Source of the DNA: Psilocybe cubensis
Lineage: Eukaryota
DNA: 64,000 nucleotides
Assembly: GCA_017499595.2 (NCBI GenBank)
Contig: CM039004.1
Coordinates: 2,170,001-2,234,000 of the forward strand
Reading direction: 5' to 3'
Below the pieces are notes generated by a model. That model saw nothing but the letters and a program-made list of their open reading frames with translations. It ran no database searches and was not told the DNA's origin. The translations under genes were made by a program, and so were the position numbers. Of this stretch, positions 1-12,868 are shown piece by piece (position 1 is the stretch's first letter; every line of letters starts with the position of its first letter).

Positions 1-138
1 CCCGCCGTTGTGAAACAGCCACAGCTAGACAGCAAACCGATCAAGGTCCAGCGAGGGCGCAAGCTCCTTGGTGCTGAGCTCGCAGAGCATCCCTCGTTCA
101 GAACACGAGGGCGCAAAGCCTCCCGTGCCGCCGCATGA
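1..138 (+). CDS. 3' end of an unidentified protein-coding gene (partial at window edge)
   Basis: Frame 1 is open from base 1: PAVVKQPQLDSKPIKVQRGRKLLGAELAEHPSFRTRGRKASRAAA then TGA at 136-138. Composition then switches abruptly to pyrimidine-rich, 3'UTR-like sequence. Confidence 0.55.
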   Translation, partial: PAVVKQPQLDSKPIKVQRGRKLLGAELAEHPSFRTRGRKASRAAA

Positions 139-765
139 GCGGTCTCGGTTCTCCATCTCCTCACTCTGTATCTGTTCTTCGTTCGGTCTCTGCTATCCTG
201 TTTGTATGTACACGACCCCATCCATCCACCTAGATTTTTTTTTCTCGCTTTCTCTCTCGTCGTTTTTTTTTTCTATTCATTCTCCACCCATATATCACAC
301 ATGATCTGGATATCCCTTTCTCGGACGGCATATCTTTACACTCTCCACACCACGTCCATCTTTTATTGAAAAAGAAACCCAAAAAGTCACAGTCCGTCCC
401 TGGCCTTTTTGCCTGTCGCCCAACTATTCATTTCCACGGCCACAGTCCACTCTCAGCTACACCATTCGAAACCTCAACTCTATGTTCTGTTCTGTTCCAT
501 TCTTGCATCAATATGCTCTCTCTGTCTCTCTCTCGCATCGCATATATCTTTTTCTTTATTCCCAGCACCGAATACCCCATCTCTCTCGTCTCCCATGGGC
601 ATACCTACCTACCACCTACACCCCACGCCATGGCCATGCAAAAACCCACAAAAAACGCTCATCAATTTATTCTTTTCTTGCCTTCTCTCATCGCATCACT
701 TAGACATATCCCATACAATTTTTTTTTCATCCATCCATCCATCCACGCACATACTCTGTACGAGC

Positions 766-800
766 CTACATACATACATACATACAATTACATACATACA
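766..800. repeat. Imperfect (TACA)n microsatellite
   Basis: ctacatacatacatacatacaattacatacataca. Confidence 0.85.
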
Positions 801-3800
801 TTCCACGATACGATTTCGACGCATCTGTACTTGTATATTTTTCTTTTTTACCTCCGACGCAATTAGCACTTTTAGCCGCTATGGCTTTGGGTTCACCCCC
901 TGGGTGGGGGTGCCCGCACTTTAATTTTGCTTGTGCCTGTGTGATTGGGAAAAACTTGAGTTTTGGAATATGGAAACTTGGAAGTTGAGAACTTGGAGTG
1001 AGATTTTTTAGTACACACGACACGCGAAGATTCGAGAAGCGGTGGAGAGAAAAATGGTGTTTGACACGCCGTTTGCCAACTCTGGAGATAGTTCTGGCGT
1101 GTCAGTGAGATGAGATGACGATGATGATGAGAGCCATTGCGCCCATATACAAATTGCATTCGGAGCCATCCCTCCCTCCCATGAGAGCCCTGTTCTGTCC
1201 ATCAGACAATCAGATCTTGGGTTATATGAATGAGAGAGGGTATATATAACTTGTAAGTCGAGTGCTATATAGAATATGAAATATGAATATGAACGACATG
1301 GAAGGAAAGGTGGAACAATCAAACGACAAGGATAGAGAGAACATGACAAGGACGATCGTAATTTAATTTCATCTCGCCACTGTGAGTCTGTGTTGTGTTC
1401 ACGTACGCCGATACTATAGTTTGATCAAGAGGAAACAAGGGCCAATGTATACCATTGCCAAACCCCCCTTACATGGGTAAGATAACGCGAACACAGTACG
1501 GCAGCGTAATTGAATTGGAGTTGAAATTTTTTTTTTGAGTTGAAGATGTATGTACTGTATGACTTCGCAGGGGGTGTGCGAATGGACTCATCCTAATCAA
1601 ACAACAGTGCGACCCACGGCGCATAAAAACGTACAACTGCAGATATTCAAGTTGACTGTTGGAGTGAACGGGAAACCGACAAATCGCACACACCGTTCCC
1701 CAACGAACGCAAAGTCCCGGGGTGAACCTCACAAGTCCACGAGACGGTCTCACTGACTGTCACTCGTTCAAATTCGTTCGTTCGTTTTCGTTCACTTGAT
1801 CAAGTTGGGCTATTTTTGGCGCGTATTGAATAGAAAAACGTAACGTAAACGGGGATTGCCGAGGATTGTCTATTTTTTTCGATCGAGGACAAGGACAGAC
1901 CAGTTTGGAATGTTCACCGCTCTCCCCCTTTGATTCATTCCAAGCCTGACTTTTATTCTATTGCTCAAGCTAAGCCTTGCCCCTGCCCTTGCCATTGCCA
2001 TTGAGGACAGTGCCACAGCCGGCACCGCGCTCCTGTCTCTGCAACTGGCAGATTGCCCTCTTGGCTCCTTATACCTGACCTGATAAGTATCCATCTAATA
2101 GGGCACCAAGGATAGCTATCCTCGTCTCGTCTGAACCAAACCACGCCATTGAGCCTATCACAGTTGTCTTCTCCCCCACCTTCTTCTTCCATTGTACAGC
2201 TTTCCTCTGCGCTGATTGCCATACTCCCCCGCCCAATGCCGACGCCTCTCTTTGAATTGCTATTGCTGAAATAAAATAAAAGGCTCCATTGCAGCATGCG
2301 GATGTACGTACGTATGGTATACGTTAGGTGTTTGGATAATTGACTTGATATCATACTTTAATTGTATTGTACGCGCCAAATTTGCGCAGGCCATGGCCAG
2401 GAGAATTAATGCTGCAAAGTGCACTTGGAGAGATGGCGCGCTCCGTCCAACAGCCAAGCAAAGTGCTGTCCCCTTGGCGCAGGGATGTCAACTATTCACT
2501 GTGTATCGTGTGTCCGCGCACACACGACAGTCGGACCCAACGCGTATGTTAACTGCAAAAGTTGCTATACTTACTTACATACACATACATACTGGTTGTA
2601 ACAACGCCTTTCAAATGACACGGACTTGTGCGGTGGGGCTGATATACTCGACATCTCACTTTTCTGGCGGGTCGTTTCTGATCTTGCCTGGTTTTTGGTT
2701 GTTCTCTTGGAAGGTGGACGATGCGAGGCGTCCAATACAATGTCAAGTCCTCGCGTCGTGTTGAGCTGAGCTGGTCTCACATGTCCGCCTCCTTCCCCCT
2801 GGCAATCCCCGTAACGCGTGCCCATTCAACGAGCGTCAGCGACGACCCAATTGCAACCCGAGCCTGATCTTCGAGCTGATTTGATTCCTTTTCGTCCCCT
2901 CAATCAGCCCTCGCTCGGCACCAGCCAGGCCATCCATTTCATTCCATCGAGCCAATTCTGTCCATGTTATGTCATAAATACATAACAGCCTCTCTGATCA
3001 TGATCATCATCACTCTCTCATCATCGCCCAAAGCAAAAAAGCAATCACGCTTCGTGAAATCTTCATTATTCAATCTTCAATCTTTAATCTTCAATCTTCT
3101 TCCCGAACCCCTTCCCTCAAGAATTTTCTTTCCTTTCTCGACTCGTCACATCTAACCTTTGAGCCTAGTGTCTGTTTTCTCTCTTTTCCTCCCTCTCATT
3201 TGTGTCACCCGGTACCCCGCGCCATCGTTCCTTTCTGGCCCGGGCCCTTCAAGTTGATCATGGTTTGATTAGACTGCGCTCGGACGTGCATCATGACTGA
3301 ACTTTCTTTTATGCTTCAAGTTCCCGGCTGTCGTCTCCCTTCGCTTCAGAGTTGCGTGATGATGCCGATGCCCAAAGAAAGCTACAGGAATCAGCCGGTG
3401 GACTCCACGCCTCCATCAATAACTTTCATTCGCAGGACGAGCCTCACGAATTTGCCGGGAGAAACGCGTCGCTTTCTTCGCGAGGAGTCGCAGCTCTCGA
3501 ATGTCGCGAACGCGAATGGGATTCGCGTGCCGGAAGCATCGCTTCCAGTCACACTCCTCCTCCTCCTCTTCCAACTTCCCTACTTAGAATACCGCGAACA
3601 AAAGAAAACGAAAAAAATAAAGTCGTTGATGATAACGCGTACGGGTTCTCGAGTATCCGGGTCCAGTCTAGTCCTTAATCCTGCGCCTGTCCAAAGCCAA
3701 AGACAGCACTACAGTCCCTCAGGCGACCTCCGGCTTCATGGCGTTCGCGGAGTCGGCGGATGCGCTGCCTGATTCAGAAGAAGTCGACTTGGGAACAGAA

Positions 3801-3995
3801 CATTGTCCACGCAGCACTCATTCATCTATCTATCTTTGATTGAGCAAGGCAGCTATCTGAGCAGTAAAATAACCCGCCTTCCTTCTCCCACTTGCTATCG
3901 TTTCACTTATTTAACTCGTTTGTCCCGTGTAGTGTCCGTGGAGTGTACGTATCAAAGTATCAACTATCACGGAAGAACACAACACGACACGGCAT

Positions 3996-4039
3996 AACAC
4001 AACGCAACACAACGCGATACGATACGATACGATACGATA
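3996..4039. repeat. Pentamer microsatellites (AACRC)n followed by (CGATA)n
   Basis: aacacaacgcaacacaacgcgatacgatacgatacgatacgata. Confidence 0.85.
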
Positions 4040-7000
4040 ATATGAACAGAACATGATAGCGCGAACAAGATAGCACGATAACACACAAATAACTTACTTT
4101 CCAAGCATCTTGTCTCCGAAAATGTTAGAGTTCATCGAACACGCTCGCGCAAACAGCAACAGCCATGTTTAAACCAACAACTCCATGGCATGGCGTCGCT
4201 GCCAGTGGCAACTGGCAAACTAATATTAACCTACAGGCAACTCGCTCCGCAGCCCGTTGGTCACTTGCGATCGATTCGTGGTTGGTTCGCGGAACACTCG
4301 GCGGCTCAGAAGAGGTCTGCCAGTCACGCTCCCCGTAACGTCCTTTCCCACGCCCATGCCCGTACCCATGCCGGGTCAAAGTTGGATCTTTGGCTTGATT
4401 GCGAACCCACTGCGCTTTCTTTTCTCTGCATGGTGATTCGTGACGTTATATCTCCCGTTCCTTTCTTTTCTTGTGTCCGCTATACATATATTCATTTCAT
4501 AACTGACTTACTAACTAACTTGCAATACAGTTCATAATACTTCTCTTCCCTCAATTATTGGCGGCCGTGCGTGCGTGCGCGCGTCGTATTTTAGTCTTCC
4601 TGCTTCACATTCCATTGCAGCGTTAGCGATGCAAACCTTCCTAGACAAAGAGCGCGAACGTCCCAAAATCGCATTACCGCAAAAAACTGTCGACCAATTC
4701 GTCTGCGAGCCAGCGAAATCCACTAATTTCGGAGAATCTCGAAAGGAAAAAAGAAACGAAGTCTTGGTATCTCCCCTACAATCTTGACAGGTCAGGACTT
4801 CCTTCCAGCTTCCAACCTTCCTGCGCCCTGATTCCTGATTCTTGCGTTGCGTGTGTGCATGGTGCATACACGGGCTAAAAGTAAGTCTACACAGTAAGCA
4901 AAAAGCAATAGGCAGCATTTATATTTTACTTACAAGAACCCATCCTTCGCGACTTCGAAAGCTCACCCGACTTCTTTCATCCTTTCACAGTCCGAGTTTT
5001 TTTCGGGAACCCTTGCGCTTGGAAAAGTACAGCCAGAAACGGGTCTTCTCCGATTCACTCGCGAGTTCTTTTTTTTTCTCTTTCTCTTTTCTTGTTTCTA
5101 TCTCTCTCTCTCGCGCCCCTTCTTTGGCTGGCACCTTCTTCTCATATTTCTTTTTTTGTACTACCGGGCTCGTGCGTGCGTCCGTGGCGTTGTTTAGTCC
5201 TGTCAGGTCCTGTCGTGGCTTCCGCGGGATGGCAGGGGCAGGGGCTCTGGCAGGGCTAATTTTCACCCACTCCATCAGACAGATCCAATGTGGCCAAAAG
5301 TCGTCTAAAATCTCTGACGGAGTCAGCCGAGCACGCCGACCGACCGTCCGCCACCAGCCTTGAGCGAACGCAAAGCCGAAGGGAAAGGAAGGCAAGAGCG
5401 AAGCAAAGCCTATCCGTCCAATGGCTATATTTCCTTTTGCCTTACTTACCTTTTGTTTCTTCGCCTCGCCTCGCGCCTAGTTGTTCTGGCGATTTGCGAA
5501 GATCAAAAGTCAAGTTGGAGCTAGGAGCAACCCCCCGGTCTCTCAGGCTCATTCTGGAATCCATCGTCATCCGCCCAGTAATTGAACCTTCTGCCCCATG
5601 CCCCCCAGCGAAGGCGAAGGCTATAGTATCCGAGTGTATGTATGCGCTTGTACTGCACTAAGCACCAAATCGTCTTAATGCGCAACCCGCGTCCGCGTCC
5701 CCGTGCCCATCCCTTGTCTCATCGAACATCGCAATCGAACGGAAGGTGCTGCAAGACGCCATACAGACTTTCCCATCACCCCGCAATCAGCTTGTGCATC
5801 GTATCCTCAACAGGAAAATCCCTAAAGTGGACCCGGACTTGAACCTGCGCCGCCCCTTCTCTAACCTGCCTTCTCTTTCTGTATTCCCTTTTCTCTTTCC
5901 TCCCTCTTATCGTCCTTATCCTTTTCCGCACACGAGCGCATAGATGACACACACACAAGCACGCGCACACAATCGCGCAATCGCGCACCCGCGCGGCTGT
6001 GGCCGTTCCAGAGTTGCTTCTTGTTCACGTCAACCGCGTTACGCATTGACATTAAATTTAACAGTGTGTGTTACGGATTTGCACTAGCGCAGAGGCGCAC
6101 TTTACCCAGCCTTAACCGCGCCTTATCCGAATAGGCACAACTCTATTTATTATCGAGAGGATCAGACGGCTCCTTAGGCCTCTAGGCTTACGGGAGCGAA
6201 GAGGTTTCGTGTTCGAGACAAGGGAAAAGGAAGGCAGGTCCCGGGTGGAACGAACAGATTATTAAATCGACTTTGTCAATCATATGCATAACGCATCTCG
6301 GCACCATAACGTGAGGGTCCTTGTTCGTTACAGGTGCGCGATTTTCGTACATTGCGCGCTGCATCTGAGGCTCCGAGAATAGACGTTGCTCCTGGCCCAT
6401 GCCTCCTTGGGGCGGGCGTTCTATTTCTTGTTGCACTTTTTTTTTTTTGCTTTGCAATCACCACATACTGTGATGGCACGTCCGCTCTAAATCTTGAACG
6501 TAAGCTGTCGCCTGTCGCTGTCTATCTTGTGTCCTTGTCTTGTCTGGGAGCATGGCGCACGGCGCAACTATTCTGCATATCGCAGTTCCAAGCCTTAAAT
6601 CCTTTCTAATGCGCTGTGCCTCTGGCTTTTGTGCGGTGGTGGGCATCTACTCTGTCAGGCTGGCGTCATCGCGTTGTTGTCAAAACAATGCAGGTTAATT
6701 CTGCATTGGGGCGAGCCCGTGTCCAGACGGAGACCGTCCTGGAAAGGACACGCGGCGCACACTGAGACGATCTATCCCAGCCACACTATGCATCACTGCG
6801 AACCGCAGCCGCCACGGTGCCAACTGACCATTCCATTCACTAAAGTATGTTCTAGCCTATGAAACTCGCCCATGATCATTCATTACTTCATTTCTTTTAG
6901 AGAGGTTTCTAAAGTTACTTCTCTTGCTTATACATAGGCCAATCCCCAATTGTTCCAATGGGAAAAAAAATAAATGTATGAATGAATGAATAGACAATCA

Positions 7001-10000
7001 AGGGACGGTCGTGGTCGCTGTGGTTCTGAATCTAAACCTTGATGTTAGTGTCCACATTATTCATTTCATCTCGACTTGTTTGATCATCTGCCCACACAGG
7101 CTATCTGACCACACAATGCCACCCACATCGCAATCACATTTATTCTCGGTTGCGAAACCAACCCCCCGTTTAATTCGAACAACAATGATATAATTTAATA
7201 TATGTTACTTCACGTAGCTTCATCATCAACAACAAGTGACGTCGCGCTGGGTAAGCTTTTCACCCACCTATTCATTACCACCCGTTCATCGAACAATGGC
7301 CCACTGTACACAAAGTCTGGAATTTGACAATTGGCAATGCAGTCAACCTGACGGCAACAAATGCCACCCTTCCGCATTTGAGCAGAACCGAAAGTTACGC
7401 ACTGAACACGCTCCAGTGATCAACCACCACACTACCACCAGGAAGACACCACCACAATCAGCCCCTGTGAACTCGATTGACAACGGCAATATCCCTGGCA
7501 CGCGAACGTACGGACATAAAAATACAATTTTTCGAATCTTGATATGCATAGAGTCAGCCTTGTTTACCGTGTACATAGCCTTTCAGGACGCCAGTGGACA
7601 AGCTCGTGACGCGCTCCTTGACGTTTTTCGTCTAGAATTCTTGAGGCTAGAACACCGTTTGGCAGGCCCGTCTCGCGCGAGTCGAGCTTGTCTCTCCGTC
7701 CCTTGCCCTCTAACAAGCTACACTACGGCATATGCTGTACAGCCTGCCCAACAAGCTCAATTCATTCCAGTTACAATCACCTCCCTAACCACGACCTGAA
7801 TTTCGCGACAATCAAGCGCATGATCATTAGCCGGTGTGCAAGCTATATATGTTACTTTGTGTGTTCTTTGCGCCTAAAGCGGTCTGCGTCGGGTGATGTC
7901 GCCCATCCCACCTATAGGAAGCCGCCCGCCGCTTTTTGTCCAGCTGATCATATGTAGGCTATGGGCTGCCAATAGGATGCCATAGAGCACTCGTCCCTGT
8001 AATGCAATTATTGCATGTCACAGATGGATTTCCCGCTCTGACCGCGCTTGACCCAGATTAAGTCTTGGCCCGAGACCCCTACCCCGGAACCTAACCCTAA
8101 AGTCCATCCCGATTCTCTTGACTCGACATCAGCGCTTATTTATAAGTCGCACCCATCGGTGTTTTTACTGCCGTGTCTCACGAGGCTCGCAACATATTCA
8201 CAGCGTTCTATAAAAATCCTTTGTTGGAAATTTTTCAGAAACCCTAATACTACCCATTATCCGCAATAGTTGAGTCAGAGTGCCGTGCTGTATGCGCAGC
8301 GCCGCAAAGCGGAGAAATCTTTTTTGTGAAATGCAGAAAGCCACCACTGGACCTGAGATGTCGCGACGCGACTAATTCACGTATAAAAATGCACCACTGA
8401 GATGGGTCCTGAGCGCCTCTGCCTTGGCCTTAGACCCTCCTGTAAACATATGGAGGTGCTGCGTACCAGTTGAGTTGGTGACACGGGGGTAACAAACCGA
8501 TCACTTTTTTGCGGGAAGGCTTCAGGTGAGCGCGGTGTGTTGGTAAGGTCGGTGCCATGGCAAGATGAGCGTACACCGTGACGCGTCGGCTCAAAACAAA
8601 TGGACCAAAAAATGTGAATTAAAGTTTTGATTTAATTGAGTAGCACTTGCGACCCTTTGCCAAGAAAGCCACCGCTGTGCGTCATTCGTGACCGCGTTCT
8701 TTCTCACCATTTATACTTACCCTTATGTAGGTACTGTGTCCGGCGTAGTACCAACTTGATATGGTAGCGTCAACAGCCTTGGATTGAATAGCCTCAAAAC
8801 CTCCTAAAATACTGTCCCGTCGGGGGTTGTCTGGAGAAGCCTACCTCTTCTACGTTTCACAATATCTAATTGCCTACAAGAAGATCCGTCCTCGCTATCA
8901 TTACTACAATTATCCCTACAGAAAGGACAAAGGTCAAATATGCTCTAATATGCTACCCTATCCGGTAACTATTCGAGTCCTCTCTGAACACAACTTTTGA
9001 AAACAATCAGTGGAGTTTTTTTTGTAAAACGACCATTGCGTCAAAATAACACCCCGTAGTTCTCGTTAGTGAATAAAATTCCAGTTACAATTTTACTCGG
9101 CTGAACAAGTTAACGAAATGGTATATAATGCTCTTTCTAAAAGACCGGACGATAGACATGCATGATAGCACATGTCCCAAAAATTGGCTGAATGGACAGG
9201 CCCAGACAGAAGTCTCCAATCTCCCACTCCAGATATAACGGATCGAAATGGAAATAAAAAACCTTGATTCATCACTGAAATTTAAATGATCTCGCTCGCA
9301 ATCGCTCCCTAAATAAATTTGAATTGGATTTTGATGTGCGACAGTGGGCATTGTGATGTCGGTAGAAAAATAACAAGCGGACGAATAGCGCTTCACGGTG
9401 GTGAGTTATGGGCGCAATGTAGTCTCCTATAGCATACACCAGGACAAGAACAAACAAGGTAAACTTTGCTTCGCCTATCGGCGTCGGTCCCTCGACTATT
9501 TTTCAGGGCGCCTCCTGGACTTGGGGTCGTTCAAGATCCCGATTCAAATGGCCAGGAACGCTTGCCTGATAAGACACTATGCGCATCAATTCTTCATCAC
9601 TACCTTCCGAATATATCCATTTACACGAGGTTGGTGGTCTGGTGAGCGGGAGTTGGTCAACCCGATTGGTGATAACTGACATACATACATTTTCAATGTC
9701 AAGCGACTGATGTCAGAAGAAAACTCAAGACACCGGAGCGTCTTACAAACACAAGCATATGTATGGCCATGCTCGAAGCAGCGGAACTGGCGCATTGAAC
9801 TGTATGCAATGCAACACGATGATTTTCTTCATGGGCGAACTTCTAAGAACGCTATCGTAAACAATTATATCATTGTGTTTCTCAGTAACTCGGCACTGTG
9901 GCCAATATACTCTAATATACTACTAACCAGAACCTCTAACGTCTACTAGTGAATTTCTGTGGCGTAACAGCGGCGTCAATGCAGTGGAGCCCAAAAGAAC

Positions 10001-11644
10001 TGTCATTTTGGAAAGATGTCTTCAGGTATCCAAGTCAGTCATGAAGTTGTATATCAGTCATTGTCGGTGACTTCAGGGATTATTGCCAATTGAATAAGTA
10101 TCTCAAGTGATTTACAACCAGATACAAGGTCACAAAATTAACCGGGACAACAATCAAGTTGCCGGGTGAAGGGCCAGTGAAGACTGCGAAGTCGCTTTGA
10201 AAACATGGCGATTGGATTACACCATCTCGTGTGAAAAAAGGACCATAAAGCGTTAGACCAGTTAAGGAACAATGTCAAAATTTGAGCGATTCTTTCCTCG
10301 AGAGGGCTCAGAGAAGGATCGAAGCTAGCAAGGGGCGACTGTCGCTGCATCTACTACACCTGTCGCGGCTGGTGCAAGAGACAGGGCCCCGCCTTCCCGT
10401 CTACCGAGAGCAAAACCAATTGAATGTGCATTCCATCTATCCGTCCATGGATAGAGCAAATATCAGCTTTCCCCATCTGAGGATTGGGCTAGTGAATCGG
10501 GAACCTTCTTGGGTTGGTAACACTAAATATGTAGCATGTCCTTGATCATATCATCCTGGCTTGACGGACAGCGTAGCAAAGAACTGATCTGGTACCGAGT
10601 GACTGTCATACAACCTTTCTGCCCCGTTTTTATATAGTTGGGGGGGACACACAGCAACATTGGGGTTCTAGGATCTTCCGTAAGAGGGATAGAGATGGAA
10701 TAAATATAAGTAAGAACTGACCCACAAGAGGAGCGAGATCACACAGGTCGAGCAACAACAAGTCACGAGCATTACAAGTCCACCAAAAATATTGCGTAAG
10801 AAGGAACTGAACCTGTGATAATCAAGACCTTGAAATACTAATAATACGGTACATTGCAAAGTACACCCAACTTAGCGCTCGCGTCCGAGGGCTTTGAAAT
10901 ACTGTTTCAGCACATTGTTATAGAGAATGCAAAGATTAAAGTTAACCTTTTTGCTGAATATGATTTGTTGACAAAAGCTCTGTTTAGTCGTAAGAAATCA
11001 CCACATGATAAGAAAATAAATTAAGTGTATACATATGTATACGCACTCACTAATGCACACTGCTCCTATTCTGTAAAACATGATCGTGGCGTTGTCGGGC
11101 GTGGAATGTCCATTTGAGTTGTGCAACCCGATATGCCAACATGACCGATGACATAGCTAGATTGTCGCCCCTTACTGCATGTTTTAATAAGTTGTCCCCT
11201 TTCATTTGATCAGTCGGGACCGAAAGTTACAAAATCTAGACTCCACACTGTGCAGGTCCGGTACCTTTATGAGCATCGCACCAGATGTGTTGTTATGGCT
11301 TGGTGAGGTTAATCGTGCTTCTTGCTGTTAGTCGGAATCGAATAATTGTCGAAGGCAAATTGGCAACGACAGTACAGAATAGTCATAGATAGCAGAAAAC
11401 CGAAAGAAACTGACTGTTGTGCATAGGTTGGCTGTCTAAGAGCAACCTTGCTCTTCGAGCTTGTTATTGAATGTATTGTATGTTTCTTTACAAGGTTTAC
11501 CAATATTGTATCCTTTGAGTCTTGAAAAGATACCGTAAAAATAATCTCGAAAAGAAGTAAAGAAGAGTGTATTGTCGAGGCAAATACATGGCGCCTCAAA
11601 GTTCACCTTTTACAATGGTATGTAGGTACAACGGAATTTTAAGC

Positions 11645-12411
11645 CTACTGAGGAGGTTGGAAACTTGATATACAACTCATGTCAGCGAAAATGTCATTAA
11701 ATATTAAACGGTCATCTCACCCAGGAGGAGGTCCTCCAAAGCCCGGAGGAGGGGGACCAGGAGGAAAGGGCATGCCGGGAGGGAACCCGGGAGGCCTGAA
11801 GCCAGGGGGTGGTCCGGCCATTCCTGGAGGTGCGAATGGCATTGGAGGACGAGCCAGGGAAGGAGGACCCACTGTAGATGTAATTTTTGATGGTATATTT
11901 AGAGATATCGAGCAGCTTATTTAAGAAAATGCACGCACTGGGAGGCATCATGCCCATACCACGGCCAGCAGGCATGCCGCGGCCAGGCCCAACTGGCAAC
12001 TATTTCAAAGACGGATTTGAGCCAATCTGTCGATATGAGTATGACAACGACTCACAGCATTCTTTTTGTCCTCGTCGACCACTGGCGGAGGTCCCTCAAC
12101 GCTAATGCTAACAACTGTTTCGCCTCGAAGAATGACGAGGCCTAAGGATCGTTTCATTTCCTGCTCCGGTGCAGATTCCTCTCCGGCCTTTTTCTTCGGT
12201 CTGACTCTTCGGAACTCTTCGCAGTCTGCGATGACGAGGTTCATGTGCCTGTCAAATGCCAGCATTTGGCCTACCAGAGAACGACCATCGTTAATCGTAA
12301 CCTTCAATCTCCAGTTGATCAGGGCGAGCATCTTCCCGCCTTTGGATTTCGGAGGAGGCTATAAAGACATCGGTCTGCAAATACCACATTCCAAGTTGAA
12401 GAACTTACCAT
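11645..12411 (-). CDS. SMB1: Small nuclear ribonucleoprotein Sm B/B' (spliced; first coding exon is the ATG alone)
   Basis: ATG|GTAAGT intron, then PPPKSKGGKMLALINWRLKVTINDGRSLVGQMLAFDRHMNLVIADCEEFRR (Sm1) and LGLVILRGETVVSISVEGPP (Sm2). GRG/PPGM-rich tail ends GFQPPQ*. Confidence 0.95.
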
Positions 12412-12868
12412 GGTGGGCGACGCGTTACGAAAATGTAAAGCGCGAGTACGAAAGTTAGATTGATGTTGAAAAACGAAGTATCATGAATCCTTACACGAAA
12501 ACAACTGTATACAAAGACACGTGCCATTATTCTTCCCTTCAAAACGTTCAACTTTGGCTTGGACTCGAAAGCCTGTATGCATCTTCAATCTTCAGTTGAA
12601 CTTGTCCCAAATGCTGAGGAGAGTTAAGAGACGTACAGTACGTGTGTTTTATGAGGGCTTTTACCGCTCGTCACGGTCATCGAGGGATAAACAACACCCG
12701 CACGACGTGGATTGGTAATTCTGGTTAATTCTGGCAACTCATGACCTCCGCAATTGTCGCCCATGTAACGATGCAGCGGGAAATAACGGAATACGAGCCC
12801 CGTCCCGAGTTTATATAACTAACTATCCTAGAACAACTTGACCAGTCAACTTCTATTGATTTGCTCTC

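Noticed and set aside
366-924. 166- and 171-codon ORFs just after the first CDS fragment
   Set aside because: They run through pyrimidine tracts and TACA repeats, start at non-ATG codons and contain no protein-like motifs. More likely 3'UTR or intergenic.
139-11644. Mating pheromone precursors (CaaX) or MSDIN/KEX2-repeat peptide precursors in the gene-poor region
   Set aside because: By eye I found no short ORF ending in a proper CaaX-stop and no MSDIN leader or repeated KR-flanked cores. The 3293-3772 ORF ends GCAA*, one residue short of CaaX. A computational scan could still find something I missed.
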